From Cupriavidus necator (GTDB lineage: Bacteria; Pseudomonadota; Gammaproteobacteria; Burkholderiales; Burkholderiaceae): 32,000 bases of DNA. Positions 17,975 through 28,013 of the stretch are shown here, one piece after another. A model generated the notes under the pieces. It was not told the DNA's origin, ran no database searches, and saw only the letters and a list, made by a program, of their open reading frames with translations. Within the stretch, counting starts at the first letter, position 1, and the number at the start of each line of letters is the position of its first letter. The stretch is from positions 1,350,001 through 1,382,000 of the forward strand of contig NZ_CP066018.1 of NCBI RefSeq assembly GCF_016127575.1. Direction: 5' to 3'. The position numbers and the translations under genes were made by a program.

Positions 17975-18912
17975 TGGAAAACAAGTCACACGCATTCCTT
18001 GCCGGCGTGTTCACCATCGGGCTGGCCGTGCTGGTGCTGTTCGCGATCTTCTGGTTCAGCACCGACCACGCGGTGCGCGTGCCGTATGACCTGATCACAC
18101 GCTCCACCGTCAACGGCCTGCAGCCGCAGGGCGATGTGAAATACCGCGGGCTTGCGGTGGGCAAGGTCGAGTCGATCAAGTTCGACCCGCAGGTGCCGGG
18201 CCAGATCATTGTGCGCGTCAACGTCAACAAGGACACGCCGATCACGCGCACCACCTATGGCACGCTGGGCTTCCAGGGCGTGACCGGAATCGCCTACGTG
18301 CAGCTGGACGACAGCGCTACGCACGACGGCACCACGGCCTCGCCGCCGCTGCCGACCTCGCCCAAGGCGGTGGCCCGCATCGCCATGCGCCCCGGCTTCT
18401 TCGAAGAGCTGGAAAAACGCGGCGATTCGCTGCTGACACAGGTCGAGACGATGATGGCCTCGCTCAACGACATGTTCCAGGGCGCCAACCGCGCCGAGCT
18501 GATGGCCGCGATCCGCTCGGTGCGCAAGACCGCCGAGGACTACTCGCGGTTGTCCGATTCGCTGGGCCCGGCCGCCAACCGGCTGCCGAAGGTGACCGAG
18601 AACCTGAACGCCACGCTGGAATCGACCCGGCGCCTGACGCAGGAGCTGGCCAACCCCAACGGCACAGTGATGCGCACCGTCGACAGCGTCGGGCGCGACC
18701 TGCAGGGCGCGGCCTCGTCGGTGCAGTCCGCGGCGGGCACCTTCAGCGAAGAGACCCTGCCGCAGCTCAATGGCCTGGCCCGCGACGCGCGCCAGACCGC
18801 GCGCACCTTCGAGCGCGCCGCCGGCCAGTTCAACGAAAGCCCGAGCAGCGTGCTGTTCGGCGCGCCCGCGCCCGCGCCGGGTCCGGGCGAGCCGGGCTTC
18901 AGCGCGCCGTAG
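17971..18912 (+). CDS. MCE/MlaD-family substrate-binding protein
   Basis: N-terminal TM helix followed by an MCE domain (VNGLQPQGDVKYRGLAVGKVESIKFD) and a long helical C-terminus. ATGA overlap with the ATPase gene. Confidence 0.85.
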   Translation: MMENKSHAFLAGVFTIGLAVLVLFAIFWFSTDHAVRVPYDLITRSTVNGLQPQGDVKYRGLAVGKVESIKFDPQVPGQIIVRVNVNKDTPITRTTYGTLGFQGVTGIAYVQLDDSATHDGTTASPPLPTSPKAVARIAMRPGFFEELEKRGDSLLTQVETMMASLNDMFQGANRAELMAAIRSVRKTAEDYSRLSDSLGPAANRLPKVTENLNATLESTRRLTQELANPNGTVMRTVDSVGRDLQGAASSVQSAAGTFSEETLPQLNGLARDARQTARTFERAAGQFNESPSSVLFGAPAPAPGPGEPGFSAP

Positions 18913-18982
18913 CGCGGCCCGCATGCCGCCCCTCACCCGATACCGCCAACCGCGAGATGCCGCCGTGAACCCTGCGACCGAG

Positions 18983-19612
18983 ATGCCACGCTTGCTCCGA
19001 TCCGCGATCTCCCGCCTCCAGGCCGCCCTGCTGCTGGCCGCCGCGGGGCTGGCGCTGTCAGGCTGCGCGCTGACGCGCGGCAACGACCCCACCGTCACCT
19101 ACGACCTCGGCCCGCCGGCCGCCACCACCCCCGGCAACGGGAACCCTGCGCCGGCGCGGCTGCCCAAACTGCGCGTGGCGCAGACCGATGGGCCCAACTG
19201 GCTGGATGGCAACGCCCTCTTCTACCGGCTGCAGTATGCGCAGGCGCAGCGCCTGCAGGCCTACGCCACGCAGCGCTGGGTGATGTCGCCCACGCGCCTG
19301 TTCGACGAGCGGCTGCGCGAGGCCGTGGCCGCGCGCGGCACGCTGAGCTGGTTCGGCGACAGCAGCGTGCCGGCGCTGAAGGTGGACCTGATCGAGTTCG
19401 ACCAGGTGTTCGACAGCGCCACCACCAGCGAAGGCGTGGTGCGGCTGCGCGCCACGGTGTTCCAGCATGGCATGCTCGGCCAGCAGACCTTCGAGGCACG
19501 CCGGCCCGCTGCCAGCGCCGATGGCGCCGGCGGCGTGAAGGCCCTGGCCGAGGCCAGCGACGCGGTGATCGCGGCGCTGCTCGACTGGATCGGCACGCTG
19601 CAGCTAAAGTAG
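18983..19612 (+). CDS. ABC-type transport auxiliary lipoprotein (DUF330-like)
   Basis: Signal peptide with lipobox LALSGC (MPRLLRSAISRLQAALLLAAAGLALSGC). Occupies the fourth position of the MCE cluster. In-frame ATG at 18923 is an alternative start. Confidence 0.78.
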   Translation: MPRLLRSAISRLQAALLLAAAGLALSGCALTRGNDPTVTYDLGPPAATTPGNGNPAPARLPKLRVAQTDGPNWLDGNALFYRLQYAQAQRLQAYATQRWVMSPTRLFDERLREAVAARGTLSWFGDSSVPALKVDLIEFDQVFDSATTSEGVVRLRATVFQHGMLGQQTFEARRPAASADGAGGVKALAEASDAVIAALLDWIGTLQLK

Positions 19613-19631
19613 ACACGCAAGGAGAAATGCC

Positions 19632-20882
19632 ATGGAGCCGGCTCCCCCGCCGCCCTCCGCGCCGCCCCCGGCGGCTCAGCCAACGCCGGAAGCCACCGGC
19701 CCGCAGCACTCGCCGCTGGCCCGAGTGGGGCTGATTTGCTTCACGCTGCTGGTCGTGTACGCCAGCCTGTACCCGTTCTCGGGCTGGGTCGACAACGGCG
19801 TTTCGCCGTTTGCCTTCCTGAGCGCGCCCAAGCCGCGCTACATCACCGACTTCGACCTGCTGACCAATGTGCTGGGGTACTTCCCGTTCGGTGCGCTGGT
19901 GGTGCTGTCGCTGCATCCGCGCATGTCGGGCGGGCGCGCCACGCTGGTGGCGCTTGTGGCCGGGACGCTGCTGGCGGCCTGCATGGAGGCCTTCCAGACC
20001 TGGCTGCCAAGCCGCATCTCTTCCAATATCGACCTGATCACCAATGCGCTGGGCGCGCTGCTGGGCGGCGCGGTGGTGGCGCCGTTCACCCGGGCCCTGA
20101 TCGACGACGGGCGCCTGACGCGCCTGCGCCATGCGTGGTTCGAGCCGCACGCCAGCTTTGCCATCATCCTGCTGCTGCTGTGGCCGTTTGCGCAGGTGTT
20201 TCCGCAAGAGCACCTGTTCGGCATGGGCGGCATCGTGCGCGAATGGCTGACCGACCCGGAGTCCTGGCCGATGCAGGCGCTGCAGATGGTGTTCCCGCAG
20301 CTTGAGGCCTGGCAGGACCATATCGGCCTGCGGCCCGAGGACATGCAGAGCCAGCAGTTGCTGGAATCGCTGGTGACCGCCAGCAGCTGGGTCGGCACCG
20401 GCCTGTTCGCCTCGATCGCGATGCGCCGCAGCGCGCCGATGCTGCGCATCCTGGCCGGCCTGCTGGCGGCGGCGCTGCTGCTCAAGGCCACCGCGGCCGA
20501 ACTGCAGTTTCCGTCCGAGAGCGCTTTTGTCTGGCTGTCCGAGGGCGGGCGCTTTGCCTTGCTGACCAGTTCGCTGGTGCTGGCGCTGCTGCTGTACCTG
20601 CCGCGCTGGCTGCGCGCGGTGCTGGCGATGGTGGCACTGATCGTGCTGGTGGTGCTGACCAATGTGCTGCCATCCAACCCCTATGCGTGGATCTCGGAGC
20701 AAGGCTGGCGCATGGGCCGCTTCATCCACTTCAACAGCCTGGCGCAATGGCTGGGCTGGCTGTGGCCGTTCCTGGCATTCTGCTATGTGATCTGGCGCTT
20801 CGAACAGGTCAGCCTGCGCCGCCATGCCAGGAAAAAAGCCGCGGCGCGCCGTGAGGCGGCCGCGGCCGGTACGCAGGAATAG
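19632..20882 (+). CDS. VanZ-family integral membrane protein with an extended C-terminal membrane domain
   Basis: 416 aa, multi-TM, with a VanZ-like N-terminal half (LYPFSGW..., NVLGYFPFGALV, EAFQTWLPSRISSNIDLITNALGA). Confidence 0.78.
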   Translation: MEPAPPPPSAPPPAAQPTPEATGPQHSPLARVGLICFTLLVVYASLYPFSGWVDNGVSPFAFLSAPKPRYITDFDLLTNVLGYFPFGALVVLSLHPRMSGGRATLVALVAGTLLAACMEAFQTWLPSRISSNIDLITNALGALLGGAVVAPFTRALIDDGRLTRLRHAWFEPHASFAIILLLLWPFAQVFPQEHLFGMGGIVREWLTDPESWPMQALQMVFPQLEAWQDHIGLRPEDMQSQQLLESLVTASSWVGTGLFASIAMRRSAPMLRILAGLLAAALLLKATAAELQFPSESAFVWLSEGGRFALLTSSLVLALLLYLPRWLRAVLAMVALIVLVVLTNVLPSNPYAWISEQGWRMGRFIHFNSLAQWLGWLWPFLAFCYVIWRFEQVSLRRHARKKAAARREAAAAGTQE

Positions 20883-20894
20883 CGCTGACGGGGC

Positions 20895-21545
20895 CTAGTG
20901 CAACTGCCCGCCTTGCTCGCGCACATCGGCGCGGGTCGACAACGCCGTCGCCACCGCCGCGCGCAATCCCTTCACCAGCGTTTCCTGCGCCAGGCTGGGC
21001 TGGCCCGGATGGCGCGCCGCCTGCTCGGGCAGGTAGGGGATATGGATAAAGCCGCCGCGCACGTCGCCATCCGGCTGCTGCGACAGCCGGTGCATCAACC
21101 CGTAGAAGACATGGTTGCAGACGAAGGTGCCGGCGGTCTGCGACACCGAGGCCGGCACGCCCGCCGCGCGCATGTCGCGCACCATCGCCTTGATCGGCAG
21201 CGTGGCAAAGTAGGCGGCCGGGCCGCCCGCGACGATGGCGGTATCGATCGGCTGGGCGCCGGCGTTGTCGGCAATGCGCGCATCGTCGACATTGATCGCC
21301 ACGCGCTCCACCGACATCTCGGCGCGCCCGCCGGCCTGGCCCACGGCAATCACCAGCGCGGGCCGCAGCACGTCGACCAGCTCGCCGATGGTATCGATCG
21401 CCGCGCCGAACACGCACGGCAGCTGCCGCGCCACGATCACCGCGTCGCCCACGCGCTCGCCGTCGAGCGCGCGCACTGCCTCCCATGAGGGATTGATCGG
21501 TTCATTCTCGAACGGCTCGAAGCCGGTCAGCAGCACGGTACGCAT
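20895..21545 (-). CDS. pcp: Pyroglutamyl-peptidase I
   Basis: [21 protein letters not shown]..., catalytic [10 protein letters not shown]. Confidence 0.92.
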   Translation of the reverse strand: MRTVLLTGFEPFENEPINPSWEAVRALDGERVGDAVIVARQLPCVFGAAIDTIGELVDVLRPALVIAVGQAGGRAEMSVERVAINVDDARIADNAGAQPIDTAIVAGGPAAYFATLPIKAMVRDMRAAGVPASVSQTAGTFVCNHVFYGLMHRLSQQPDGDVRGGFIHIPYLPEQAARHPGQPSLAQETLVKGLRAAVATALSTRADVREQGGQLH

Positions 21546-21560
21546 GGCGAGGCTCCGCAG

Positions 21561-22511
21561 TTACATCAGGAAGTACAGCAGCGCGATATTGGCCACCAGG
21601 ATCGCCAGCGCGGTCGGCACCTGCGCGCGGATCACGGCGTTCTTGTCGTCGAGTTCCAGCAGCGCCGCCGGCACGATATTGAAGTTGGCCGCCATCGGCG
21701 TCATCAGCGTGCCGCAATAGCCCGAGAACATGCCGATCGCCGCCATCACCGCCGGATTGCCGCCGAACATGCCGACCAGGATCGGCACGCCCACGCCGCC
21801 GGTCATCACCGGGAAGGCCGCGAAGCCGTTGCCCATGATCACGGTGAACAGCGCCATGCCCACGCAATAGACCGCCACCGCCACCAGCTTGTAGTCCATG
21901 TTGATATAGGCGGTGGACAGGTGCGCCACCGCCTTGCCCACGCCCGCGTCGGCGAACACCAGGCCCAGCATCGCCAGCATCTGCGGCAGCACCAGCGCCC
22001 AGCCCAGCGACTCGGTCAGCCGGCGCGACTCGCGCAGGCCCTGCGCCACGGTGTCGCGCGTGAGCCAGCACACCACCGCCAGCGAGATCAGGCAGCCGAT
22101 CCCCAGCGAGACAAAGGTCACGTTCTTGGGATCGAGCAGCGGCACGCCGGCGATCTTGACGTCCTTGAACAGCATGGTGCCGATCACGGTCACCAGCGGG
22201 ATCAGCAGCGCCGGGATGAACAGCCTGTTGCCCAGGCGGCGCGCGCTGGCGCGGCGTTCTTCCTCGGGCAGGCTGTGGTGCTTGCCGTGGCCGACGCCGC
22301 CGAAGCCCGCAATCAGCGCCATCACCACCGCGCCGATGCCGACCGCGGCCGGCGGCAGCCGGTCGCCAATCAGGAATACGATCGCGTACAGCAGCCAGAA
22401 CAGGCCGGTGCTGAGGCGGCGCGGATGCTCGCGGTCGGCGAAGGTCATCAGCGCGGTGATCGCCAGCACCAGGCCCGCGAGCCAGTAGAGATATTCGATG
22501 GAAATGATCAT
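21561..22511 (-). CDS. DUF979-family integral membrane protein
   Basis: 316 aa, polytopic, encoded immediately downstream of the DUF969 gene as is usual for this pair. Confidence 0.82.
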   Translation of the reverse strand: MIISIEYLYWLAGLVLAITALMTFADREHPRRLSTGLFWLLYAIVFLIGDRLPPAAVGIGAVVMALIAGFGGVGHGKHHSLPEEERRASARRLGNRLFIPALLIPLVTVIGTMLFKDVKIAGVPLLDPKNVTFVSLGIGCLISLAVVCWLTRDTVAQGLRESRRLTESLGWALVLPQMLAMLGLVFADAGVGKAVAHLSTAYINMDYKLVAVAVYCVGMALFTVIMGNGFAAFPVMTGGVGVPILVGMFGGNPAVMAAIGMFSGYCGTLMTPMAANFNIVPAALLELDDKNAVIRAQVPTALAILVANIALLYFLM

Positions 22512-22521
22512 GGCGGGCTCC

Positions 22522-23250
22522 TTACTCTGCGCTCTTGGCAGGTACGGCGGCCGCGGCGGCCTTGCCGCCCAGTTCGCGCTCGAGCCAGCGGTCCAGGCGC
22601 TTCAGGCGGACGGCGTGGATCAGGAAGGCGCAGATCGCGGTGGGGATGCCCCACACGGCAATATGCAGCGGCTCAACGTCGATGTTCGACGACAGCAGGA
22701 AGGTGTGCATCAGCGCGATCGCGCCGAAGGCCACGAAGATGTCCTCGCCAAAGAACAGGCCGACATTGTCGGTGGCGGCGCAGAACGCCAGCACGCGCTG
22801 GCGCACCGGCTCGGGCAGGTGGCCGAAGCGGTTCTCGGCCGCGCCCTCGGCCATCGGCGCCAGCAGCGGGCGCACCATCTGCGGGTGCCCGCCCAGGCTG
22901 GTCAGGCCGATCGCGGCGGTCAGCTCGCGCACGCCCAGGTAGACGATCAGCAGGCGGCCAACCGTGGCCGAGGCAATGCGCGCGATCCATGCCTGCGCAT
23001 GTTCGCGCAGCCCGTGCCGCTCCAGCAGGCCGATCACGGCCAGCGGCAGCAGGATGATCAGCGGCAGGTTGCGCGCCTTGACGAAGGCGGTGCCGATCGC
23101 CGAGAAGATCTGCATCAGCGGCATCGGCGCGGCCAGCCCCGTGGCCAGCGCGGCGAGCACCACCACCAGCATGGGATTGAAGCGCAGCACGAAGCCGACA
23201 ATGATGACGCCGACCCCGACAAGGGGCCAGAGATTGACTGCCTGTTCCAT
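22522..23250 (-). CDS. DUF969-family integral membrane protein
   Basis: MEQAVNLWPLVGVGVIIVGFVLRFNP... ATG at 23248-23250. The upstream 54 codons of the track ORF are Arg-rich and non-coding-like. Confidence 0.82.
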   Translation of the reverse strand: MEQAVNLWPLVGVGVIIVGFVLRFNPMLVVVLAALATGLAAPMPLMQIFSAIGTAFVKARNLPLIILLPLAVIGLLERHGLREHAQAWIARIASATVGRLLIVYLGVRELTAAIGLTSLGGHPQMVRPLLAPMAEGAAENRFGHLPEPVRQRVLAFCAATDNVGLFFGEDIFVAFGAIALMHTFLLSSNIDVEPLHIAVWGIPTAICAFLIHAVRLKRLDRWLERELGGKAAAAAVPAKSAE

Positions 23251-23350
23251 AAGAGACACCAAACGAGTGTGACGGAAGCGAGCGGACGGCAGCCGTGTCA
23301 GCGCACGACAGCGCCGGCCGCAGTGGATGCTGGCGGTTGAGACGGAGTGC

Positions 23351-24091
23351 TCAGTCGCCGGCGCGGACCGCGATGCCTTCCGCGCCCAGCCGTTCCCGGA
23401 TGCGCCGCGCAAAGGCCAGCGCGTGGGCGCCGTCGCCGTGCAGACACACGGTTTCGGCTTGAATCGGTACCCAGGTGCCGTCGATGGCGCGCACGCGTTT
23501 CTCGCGCACCATGGTCAGGGTCTGGTTCAGGGCGACTTCCTCGTCCTCGTGCAGCGCGCCCGGCGAGCCGCGCTTGACCAGCGTGCCGTCGGGGTTGTAG
23601 CCGCGGTCGGCAAAGACCTCCTGCTTGACGCGCAGGCCGGCCTCCCTGGCGATATCGATCATCTGGCTGCCGGCCAGGCCGAAGAACACCAGGTCGGCAT
23701 CGAAGTCGCGCACCGCGCGCACGATGGCGCGGGCCAGCGCCGGATCGCGCACGGCCTGGTTGTACAGCGCGCCATGCGGCTTGACGTGATGCAGCTCGCC
23801 GCCCTGCGCGCGCACGATCGCGTCGAGCGCTCCGATCTGGTACAGCACGTCGGCGTAGACGTGTTCCGGGTCGCGCTGCATCTCGGTGCGGCCGAAGTTC
23901 TCGCGGTCCGGGTAGCTCGGGTGCGCCCCGATCGCCACGCCGCGCTCCAGCGCCCACTTCACCGTCTGCACCATGGTGGCCGCGTCGCCCGCGTGCCAGC
24001 CGCATGCGATATTGGCCGAACTGATCAGCGCCAGCAGCGCCTCGTCGTTGGCACAGCCTTCGCCAAGGTCAGCGTTCAAATCGATCTGCAT
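23351..24091 (-). CDS. pxpA: 5-oxoprolinase subunit A (LamB/YcsF family)
   Basis: [12 protein letters not shown]...[13 protein letters not shown]...[16 protein letters not shown] lies 6 nt upstream of the ATG at 24091; an ATG at 24097 is an alternative start. Confidence 0.9.
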   Translation of the reverse strand: MQIDLNADLGEGCANDEALLALISSANIACGWHAGDAATMVQTVKWALERGVAIGAHPSYPDRENFGRTEMQRDPEHVYADVLYQIGALDAIVRAQGGELHHVKPHGALYNQAVRDPALARAIVRAVRDFDADLVFFGLAGSQMIDIAREAGLRVKQEVFADRGYNPDGTLVKRGSPGALHEDEEVALNQTLTMVREKRVRAIDGTWVPIQAETVCLHGDGAHALAFARRIRERLGAEGIAVRAGD

Positions 24092-24146
24092 TGCCATTCT
24101 CCTGTGCGGCGCACTGCGTCGCCCGATTGATGTTGCGCGTGCGCGC

Positions 24147-25166
24147 CTATGCCGCCACGCGCGTGCTTGCGCGCCGCCGCGCGGCGATGGGCATGCCATC
24201 GCCCTGCCACCGCAGCGCCTGGTCGATCTGGCGCAGGTAGCGCTCCAGCTCGGCCTGCGCCGCCTCTGCCTGCGCCAGCGTCACCTGCACGAAACGCACC
24301 GGCGCACCCAGCGGCACCTGCGCCAGCCGCCACAGGTCCGCACCGATCACCACGCCGATCTTGGGGTAGCCGCCAGTGGTCTGCGCATCGGCCATCAGCG
24401 CGATCGGCTGGCCGCCCGGCGGCACCTGCATCACGCCCGGCACCACGCCATGCGACAGCAAGTCGGCGCTGCGCTCGGCGCGCCGCGCCAGCGCGGGCCC
24501 GTTCAGGCGCAGCCCCATGCGGTTGCTGTTGGGCGTGACGGTCCAGTCGGCCTGCCACAGCGCGGCCCGCGAGGCCGCGTCGAAGTCTTCATATTCAGGC
24601 CCCGGCAGCATCCGGACCGGCGTGGCCTTGCCCGCGATGCTGGCAGGCAGCGCCCACGCCGGCGCCTGCACGCCGATCCAGTCGGTCTCGGCCGCCAGCC
24701 CCGGGCGCCCCGCCGTCAGGCGGTCGCCTTCCTGCAGCGCGCGCCCGCCCAGACCGCCAAAGCCTGACTTCAGGTCGGTGCTGCGCGAGCCCATCACCGG
24801 CTCGACCTCGATGCCGCCCGCCACGCACAGGTACACGCGCGTGCCGCCGCGCGTCGACGGCAGCGTCAGCGTCTCGCCCTTGTGCACGTCAAAGGCATGC
24901 CACGACCACACCGGCACGCCGTCCAGGTTGGCGCCGCATTCGGCACCAGCCAGCGCCACGCGCATATCGGCATGGAAGCGCAGCGCGGCTCGGCCCAGCG
25001 TGAATTCAATGGCGGCACAGCCCGGCGCATTGCCGAGCAGGCGGTTGCCCACCTCCACCGCCAGCATGTCCATGGCCCCGCAACGGCCGACGCCAAAACG
25101 GCGAAAGCCGGTACGGCCCAGGTCCTGCACCGAGGCAAGCGCGCCGGGACGAATGATTTCGATCAC
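24147..25166 (-). CDS. pxpC: 5-oxoprolinase subunit C (KipA / allophanate hydrolase subunit 2 family)
   Basis: [26 protein letters not shown]..., ...[13 protein letters not shown] overlap with pxpB. Confidence 0.9.
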   Translation of the reverse strand: MIEIIRPGALASVQDLGRTGFRRFGVGRCGAMDMLAVEVGNRLLGNAPGCAAIEFTLGRAALRFHADMRVALAGAECGANLDGVPVWSWHAFDVHKGETLTLPSTRGGTRVYLCVAGGIEVEPVMGSRSTDLKSGFGGLGGRALQEGDRLTAGRPGLAAETDWIGVQAPAWALPASIAGKATPVRMLPGPEYEDFDAASRAALWQADWTVTPNSNRMGLRLNGPALARRAERSADLLSHGVVPGVMQVPPGGQPIALMADAQTTGGYPKIGVVIGADLWRLAQVPLGAPVRFVQVTLAQAEAAQAELERYLRQIDQALRWQGDGMPIAARRRASTRVAA

Positions 25167-25810
25167 GCGATGATTTCCTCGGCAACAAAGCGCACGGTAT
25201 CGCCGGGCGCAAACAGGGACGGCGGATCCCGGTCCGCCACGAAGAGCTCGGCATCGGTGCGCCCGATCAGCTGCCAGCCGCCCGGCAGCACCGCCGGATA
25301 GATCCCGGTCTGCTCGCCGCCAATGCCGACCGACCCGGCCGGCACCGCCACCCGCGGCTCACGCCGGCGCGGCGTGGCCAGCTCCGGCGCCAGACCGCCC
25401 ATATAGGCAAATCCCGGCTGGAAGCCCAGGAAGTAGACGACGTACTCGCCGGCAGCATGGCGGCGCACCACTTCCCGCGGTGTCAGCCCGGTATGGGCCG
25501 CCACATCGCCCAGGTCCGGGCCATGCTCGCCGCCGTAGCGCACCGGGATCTCCACCAGCTTGCCGGTGGCATTGCGTGCCTCGCCGGAGGCCCAGGCGAG
25601 CTTCAGGTTGCGCTCCAGCGCGTCCACATCGGCGCTGCCGTCGAAGATCACGGTCAGGTTGTTCATGCCCGGCACCACGTCCACCACCCCGCGCCAGTCC
25701 TCGGCCCGGGCAGCCATCGCCCAGATCCGGCGCTGGACTTCCAGCGATGCGGGGGGAGCCACGCTGTACAGCAGCGCCTGCTCGGCGAGTCGGTGGACGG
25801 TGCAGTTCAT
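25163..25810 (-). CDS. pxpB: 5-oxoprolinase subunit B (KipI / allophanate hydrolase subunit 1 family)
   Basis: 215 aa: ...VDVVPGMNNLTVIFD..., YVVYFLGFQPGFAYMGGL. Confidence 0.9.
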   Translation of the reverse strand: MNCTVHRLAEQALLYSVAPPASLEVQRRIWAMAARAEDWRGVVDVVPGMNNLTVIFDGSADVDALERNLKLAWASGEARNATGKLVEIPVRYGGEHGPDLGDVAAHTGLTPREVVRRHAAGEYVVYFLGFQPGFAYMGGLAPELATPRRREPRVAVPAGSVGIGGEQTGIYPAVLPGGWQLIGRTDAELFVADRDPPSLFAPGDTVRFVAEEIIA

Positions 25811-25875
25811 GAGATTCCCGGTAGCGCACTTGCTACCAGTTTAGGCAGGCAAGCCGGAATGTGACGTGTTTGTAT

Positions 25876-25898
25876 TTCATCGATAATTTATCGATGAA
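25876..25898. promoter_or_regulatory. 23-bp perfect palindrome, candidate operator of the pxpB operon
   Basis: TTCATCGATAA-T-TTATCGATGAA with 11-nt arms, verified by hand. Lies 66-88 nt upstream of the pxpB ATG, in the only AT-rich patch of this intergenic region. Confidence 0.45.
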
Positions 25899-25992
25899 TT
25901 CATAATATCGAAATGAGACGAGGAGAAACAGTCAGGATTGACCCTAGGGGTGCAAGGGCCACTGCGACCGGCTGCACCATGGCCGGGCACCA

Positions 25993-26021
25993 AAGAAAAA
26001 CGGCCGGGAAATCCCGGCCGT
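25993..26021 (-). terminator. Rho-independent terminator of lipA
   Basis: The minus strand reads ACGGCCGGG-ATTT-CCCGGCCGT-TTTTCTTTGG (stem 26001-26008 / 26013-26020). Confidence 0.7.
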
Positions 26022-26051
26022 CTCTGCTCGATCAGTGTGCAGCGCTGTCGT

Positions 26052-27047
26052 TCAGGCAAACCCAGCCTGATGCGCCTGCTGGTCGGCATGGTACGAACTG
26101 CGCACCATCGCGCCCACCGCAGCGTGGGTGAAGCCCATCTTGTAAGCCTCTTCCTCGAACATCTTGAAGGTGTCGGGATGCACGTAGCGCAGCACCGGCA
26201 AGTGGTGGTTCGACGGCGCCAGGTACTGGCCGATGGTCAGCATGTCGATATCGTGGGCGCGCATGTCGCGCATGACTTCGAGGATTTCCTCGTCGGTCTC
26301 GCCCAGGCCCACCATCAGGCCGGACTTGGTCGGCACGTTGGGGTTGCGGCGCTTGAATTCCTGCAGCAGCTTGAGCGAGTGCTCATAGTCCGCGCCCGGG
26401 CGCGCCTGCTTGTACAGCCGCGGCACGGTTTCCATGTTGTGATTCATCACGTCCGGCGGGCAAGCCTGCAGGATGTCCAGCGCCTTGTCCAGGCGGCCAC
26501 GGAAGTCGGGCACCAGCACTTCGATGCGCGTGGCGGGCGACAACTCGCGCGTCTGCGAGATGCAGTCGACATAGTGCTGGGCGCCGCCGTCGCGCAGGTC
26601 GTCGCGGTCGACGCTGGTGATCACGACGTAGTTCAGCTTGAGCTGGGCGATGGTGCGGGCCAGGTTGCCCGGCTCGTTCACATCCAGCGGATCGGGGCGG
26701 CCGTGGCCGACGTCGCAGAACGGGCAGCGGCGCGTGCACTTGTCGCCCATGATCATGAAGGTCGCGGTGCCCTTGCCGAAGCATTCACCGATGTTGGGGC
26801 AGCTCGCTTCTTCGCACACCGTCACCAGGTTGTTGGCACGCAAGATGTCCTTGATCTCGTAGAAGCGTGAGCTGCCGGTGGCGGCCTTGACGCGGATCCA
26901 GTCCGGCTTCTTGAGCTTTTCGGCCGGCACGATCTTGATGGGGATGCGTGCGGTCTTGTCGGCCGACTTCTGCTTGCGGGTCGGGTCATACTGCTCCGCG
27001 GGGGACTGCGGGGCTTCGCTGGAAGTGGCGATCAGGGCGTCGCTCAT
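26052..27047 (-). CDS. lipA: Lipoyl synthase
   Basis: Radical-SAM motif CTRRCPFC and auxiliary cluster motif [12 protein letters not shown]. Confidence 0.95.
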   Translation of the reverse strand: MSDALIATSSEAPQSPAEQYDPTRKQKSADKTARIPIKIVPAEKLKKPDWIRVKAATGSSRFYEIKDILRANNLVTVCEEASCPNIGECFGKGTATFMIMGDKCTRRCPFCDVGHGRPDPLDVNEPGNLARTIAQLKLNYVVITSVDRDDLRDGGAQHYVDCISQTRELSPATRIEVLVPDFRGRLDKALDILQACPPDVMNHNMETVPRLYKQARPGADYEHSLKLLQEFKRRNPNVPTKSGLMVGLGETDEEILEVMRDMRAHDIDMLTIGQYLAPSNHHLPVLRYVHPDTFKMFEEEAYKMGFTHAAVGAMVRSSYHADQQAHQAGFA

Positions 27048-27087
27048 ACATTTCTCCGCACGCGCTCAGCGTGCATTTCGCTTTTGA

Positions 27088-27843
27088 CTAGGAGGCCAGG
27101 GCCGTCTCACCCGGCTGCTTCGCTTCAGCCGGGGCGGCAGTTCCTTCGGCAGCCAGCGCGCGGGCTTCGTGCGCTGCCAGCACCTCGCACAATGCTGCCG
27201 CCAGGCGCAGTGCGATTTCCGGTTGTTGTGCCGCGGTCACGGGCAAGGGGGCGCCGTTGGCATCCGCCGCCGCGAAGGTGGCGCCTGCGCTGGCCATGTC
27301 GACTGTTTCCAGCCCGGCATAGCCGCAGGGATTGATGCGCAGGAACGGCGACAGGTCCATCTGCACGTTGAGGCTGACGCCGTGGTAGCTGCAGCCGTTG
27401 CGGATCTTGAGGCCGAGCGCGGCAATCTTGGCGCCCTGGTGCGGCCCGTCGGACAAATAGATGCCGGGGGCGCCGGGCTTGCGTTCGGCTGCGAGATTAT
27501 ACGCCGCGAGCGTGTCCAGCACCGCCTGCTCGATGCCGTGCACCAGTTCGCGCACCATCAGGCGGCGGCGGCGCAGATCGAGCAGCAAATAGGCCACGAC
27601 CTGGCCGGGACCGTGATATGTGATCTGCCCGCCACGATCGATCTGCACGACGGGAATCCGGTCGTCCGGGGCGAGCAGGTGCGCGGGGTCGCCCGCCTGG
27701 CCCAGGGTGTAGACCGGCGGATGCTCGACCAGCCAGACCTGGTCGGGCGTCTCGGGCGTGCGTGCGGCGGTGAAGGCGCGCATCGCGTCGAAACACGGCT
27801 GATAGTCCTCGCGGCCGCGTTCGATGACTTGAATCGGATGCAT
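27088..27843 (-). CDS. lipB: Octanoyltransferase (lipoyl(octanoyl) transferase)
   Basis: [24 protein letters not shown]..., [32 protein letters not shown] at 27841-27843. Confidence 0.9.
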   Translation of the reverse strand: MHPIQVIERGREDYQPCFDAMRAFTAARTPETPDQVWLVEHPPVYTLGQAGDPAHLLAPDDRIPVVQIDRGGQITYHGPGQVVAYLLLDLRRRRLMVRELVHGIEQAVLDTLAAYNLAAERKPGAPGIYLSDGPHQGAKIAALGLKIRNGCSYHGVSLNVQMDLSPFLRINPCGYAGLETVDMASAGATFAAADANGAPLPVTAAQQPEIALRLAAALCEVLAAHEARALAAEGTAAPAEAKQPGETALAS

Positions 27844-27854
27844 GGCGAGAGTGT

Positions 27855-27882
27855 AACGAAAAGGGCCGGCTTGCGCCGGCCC
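27855..27882 (-). terminator. Intrinsic terminator between the DUF2917 gene and lipB
   Basis: The minus strand reads GGGCCGGC-GCAA-GCCGGCCC-TTTTCGTT (stem 27863-27870 / 27875-27882). Confidence 0.6.
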
Positions 27883-28013
27883 TGCCTCGGTCACTTGTGC
27901 TGCCCGCTCAGGGCGTGGTCCGGCGGGAATCGTCCGATGCGTCACGCGACCAGACCAGGCGCAGATGCCCGCGGCTGCGGTGTGATGCGGACGATGCCCC
28001 GCCGGCCTTCGCC

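Noticed and set aside
27883-28013. Missing small gene (for example a DUF493/YbeD-like gene often found upstream of lipB) in the 130-nt stretch after DUF2917
   Set aside because: No ORF with coding-like codon bias fits. The only track ORF (27908..28102, minus strand) is Arg/Ser-rich and overlaps the DUF2917 3' end.
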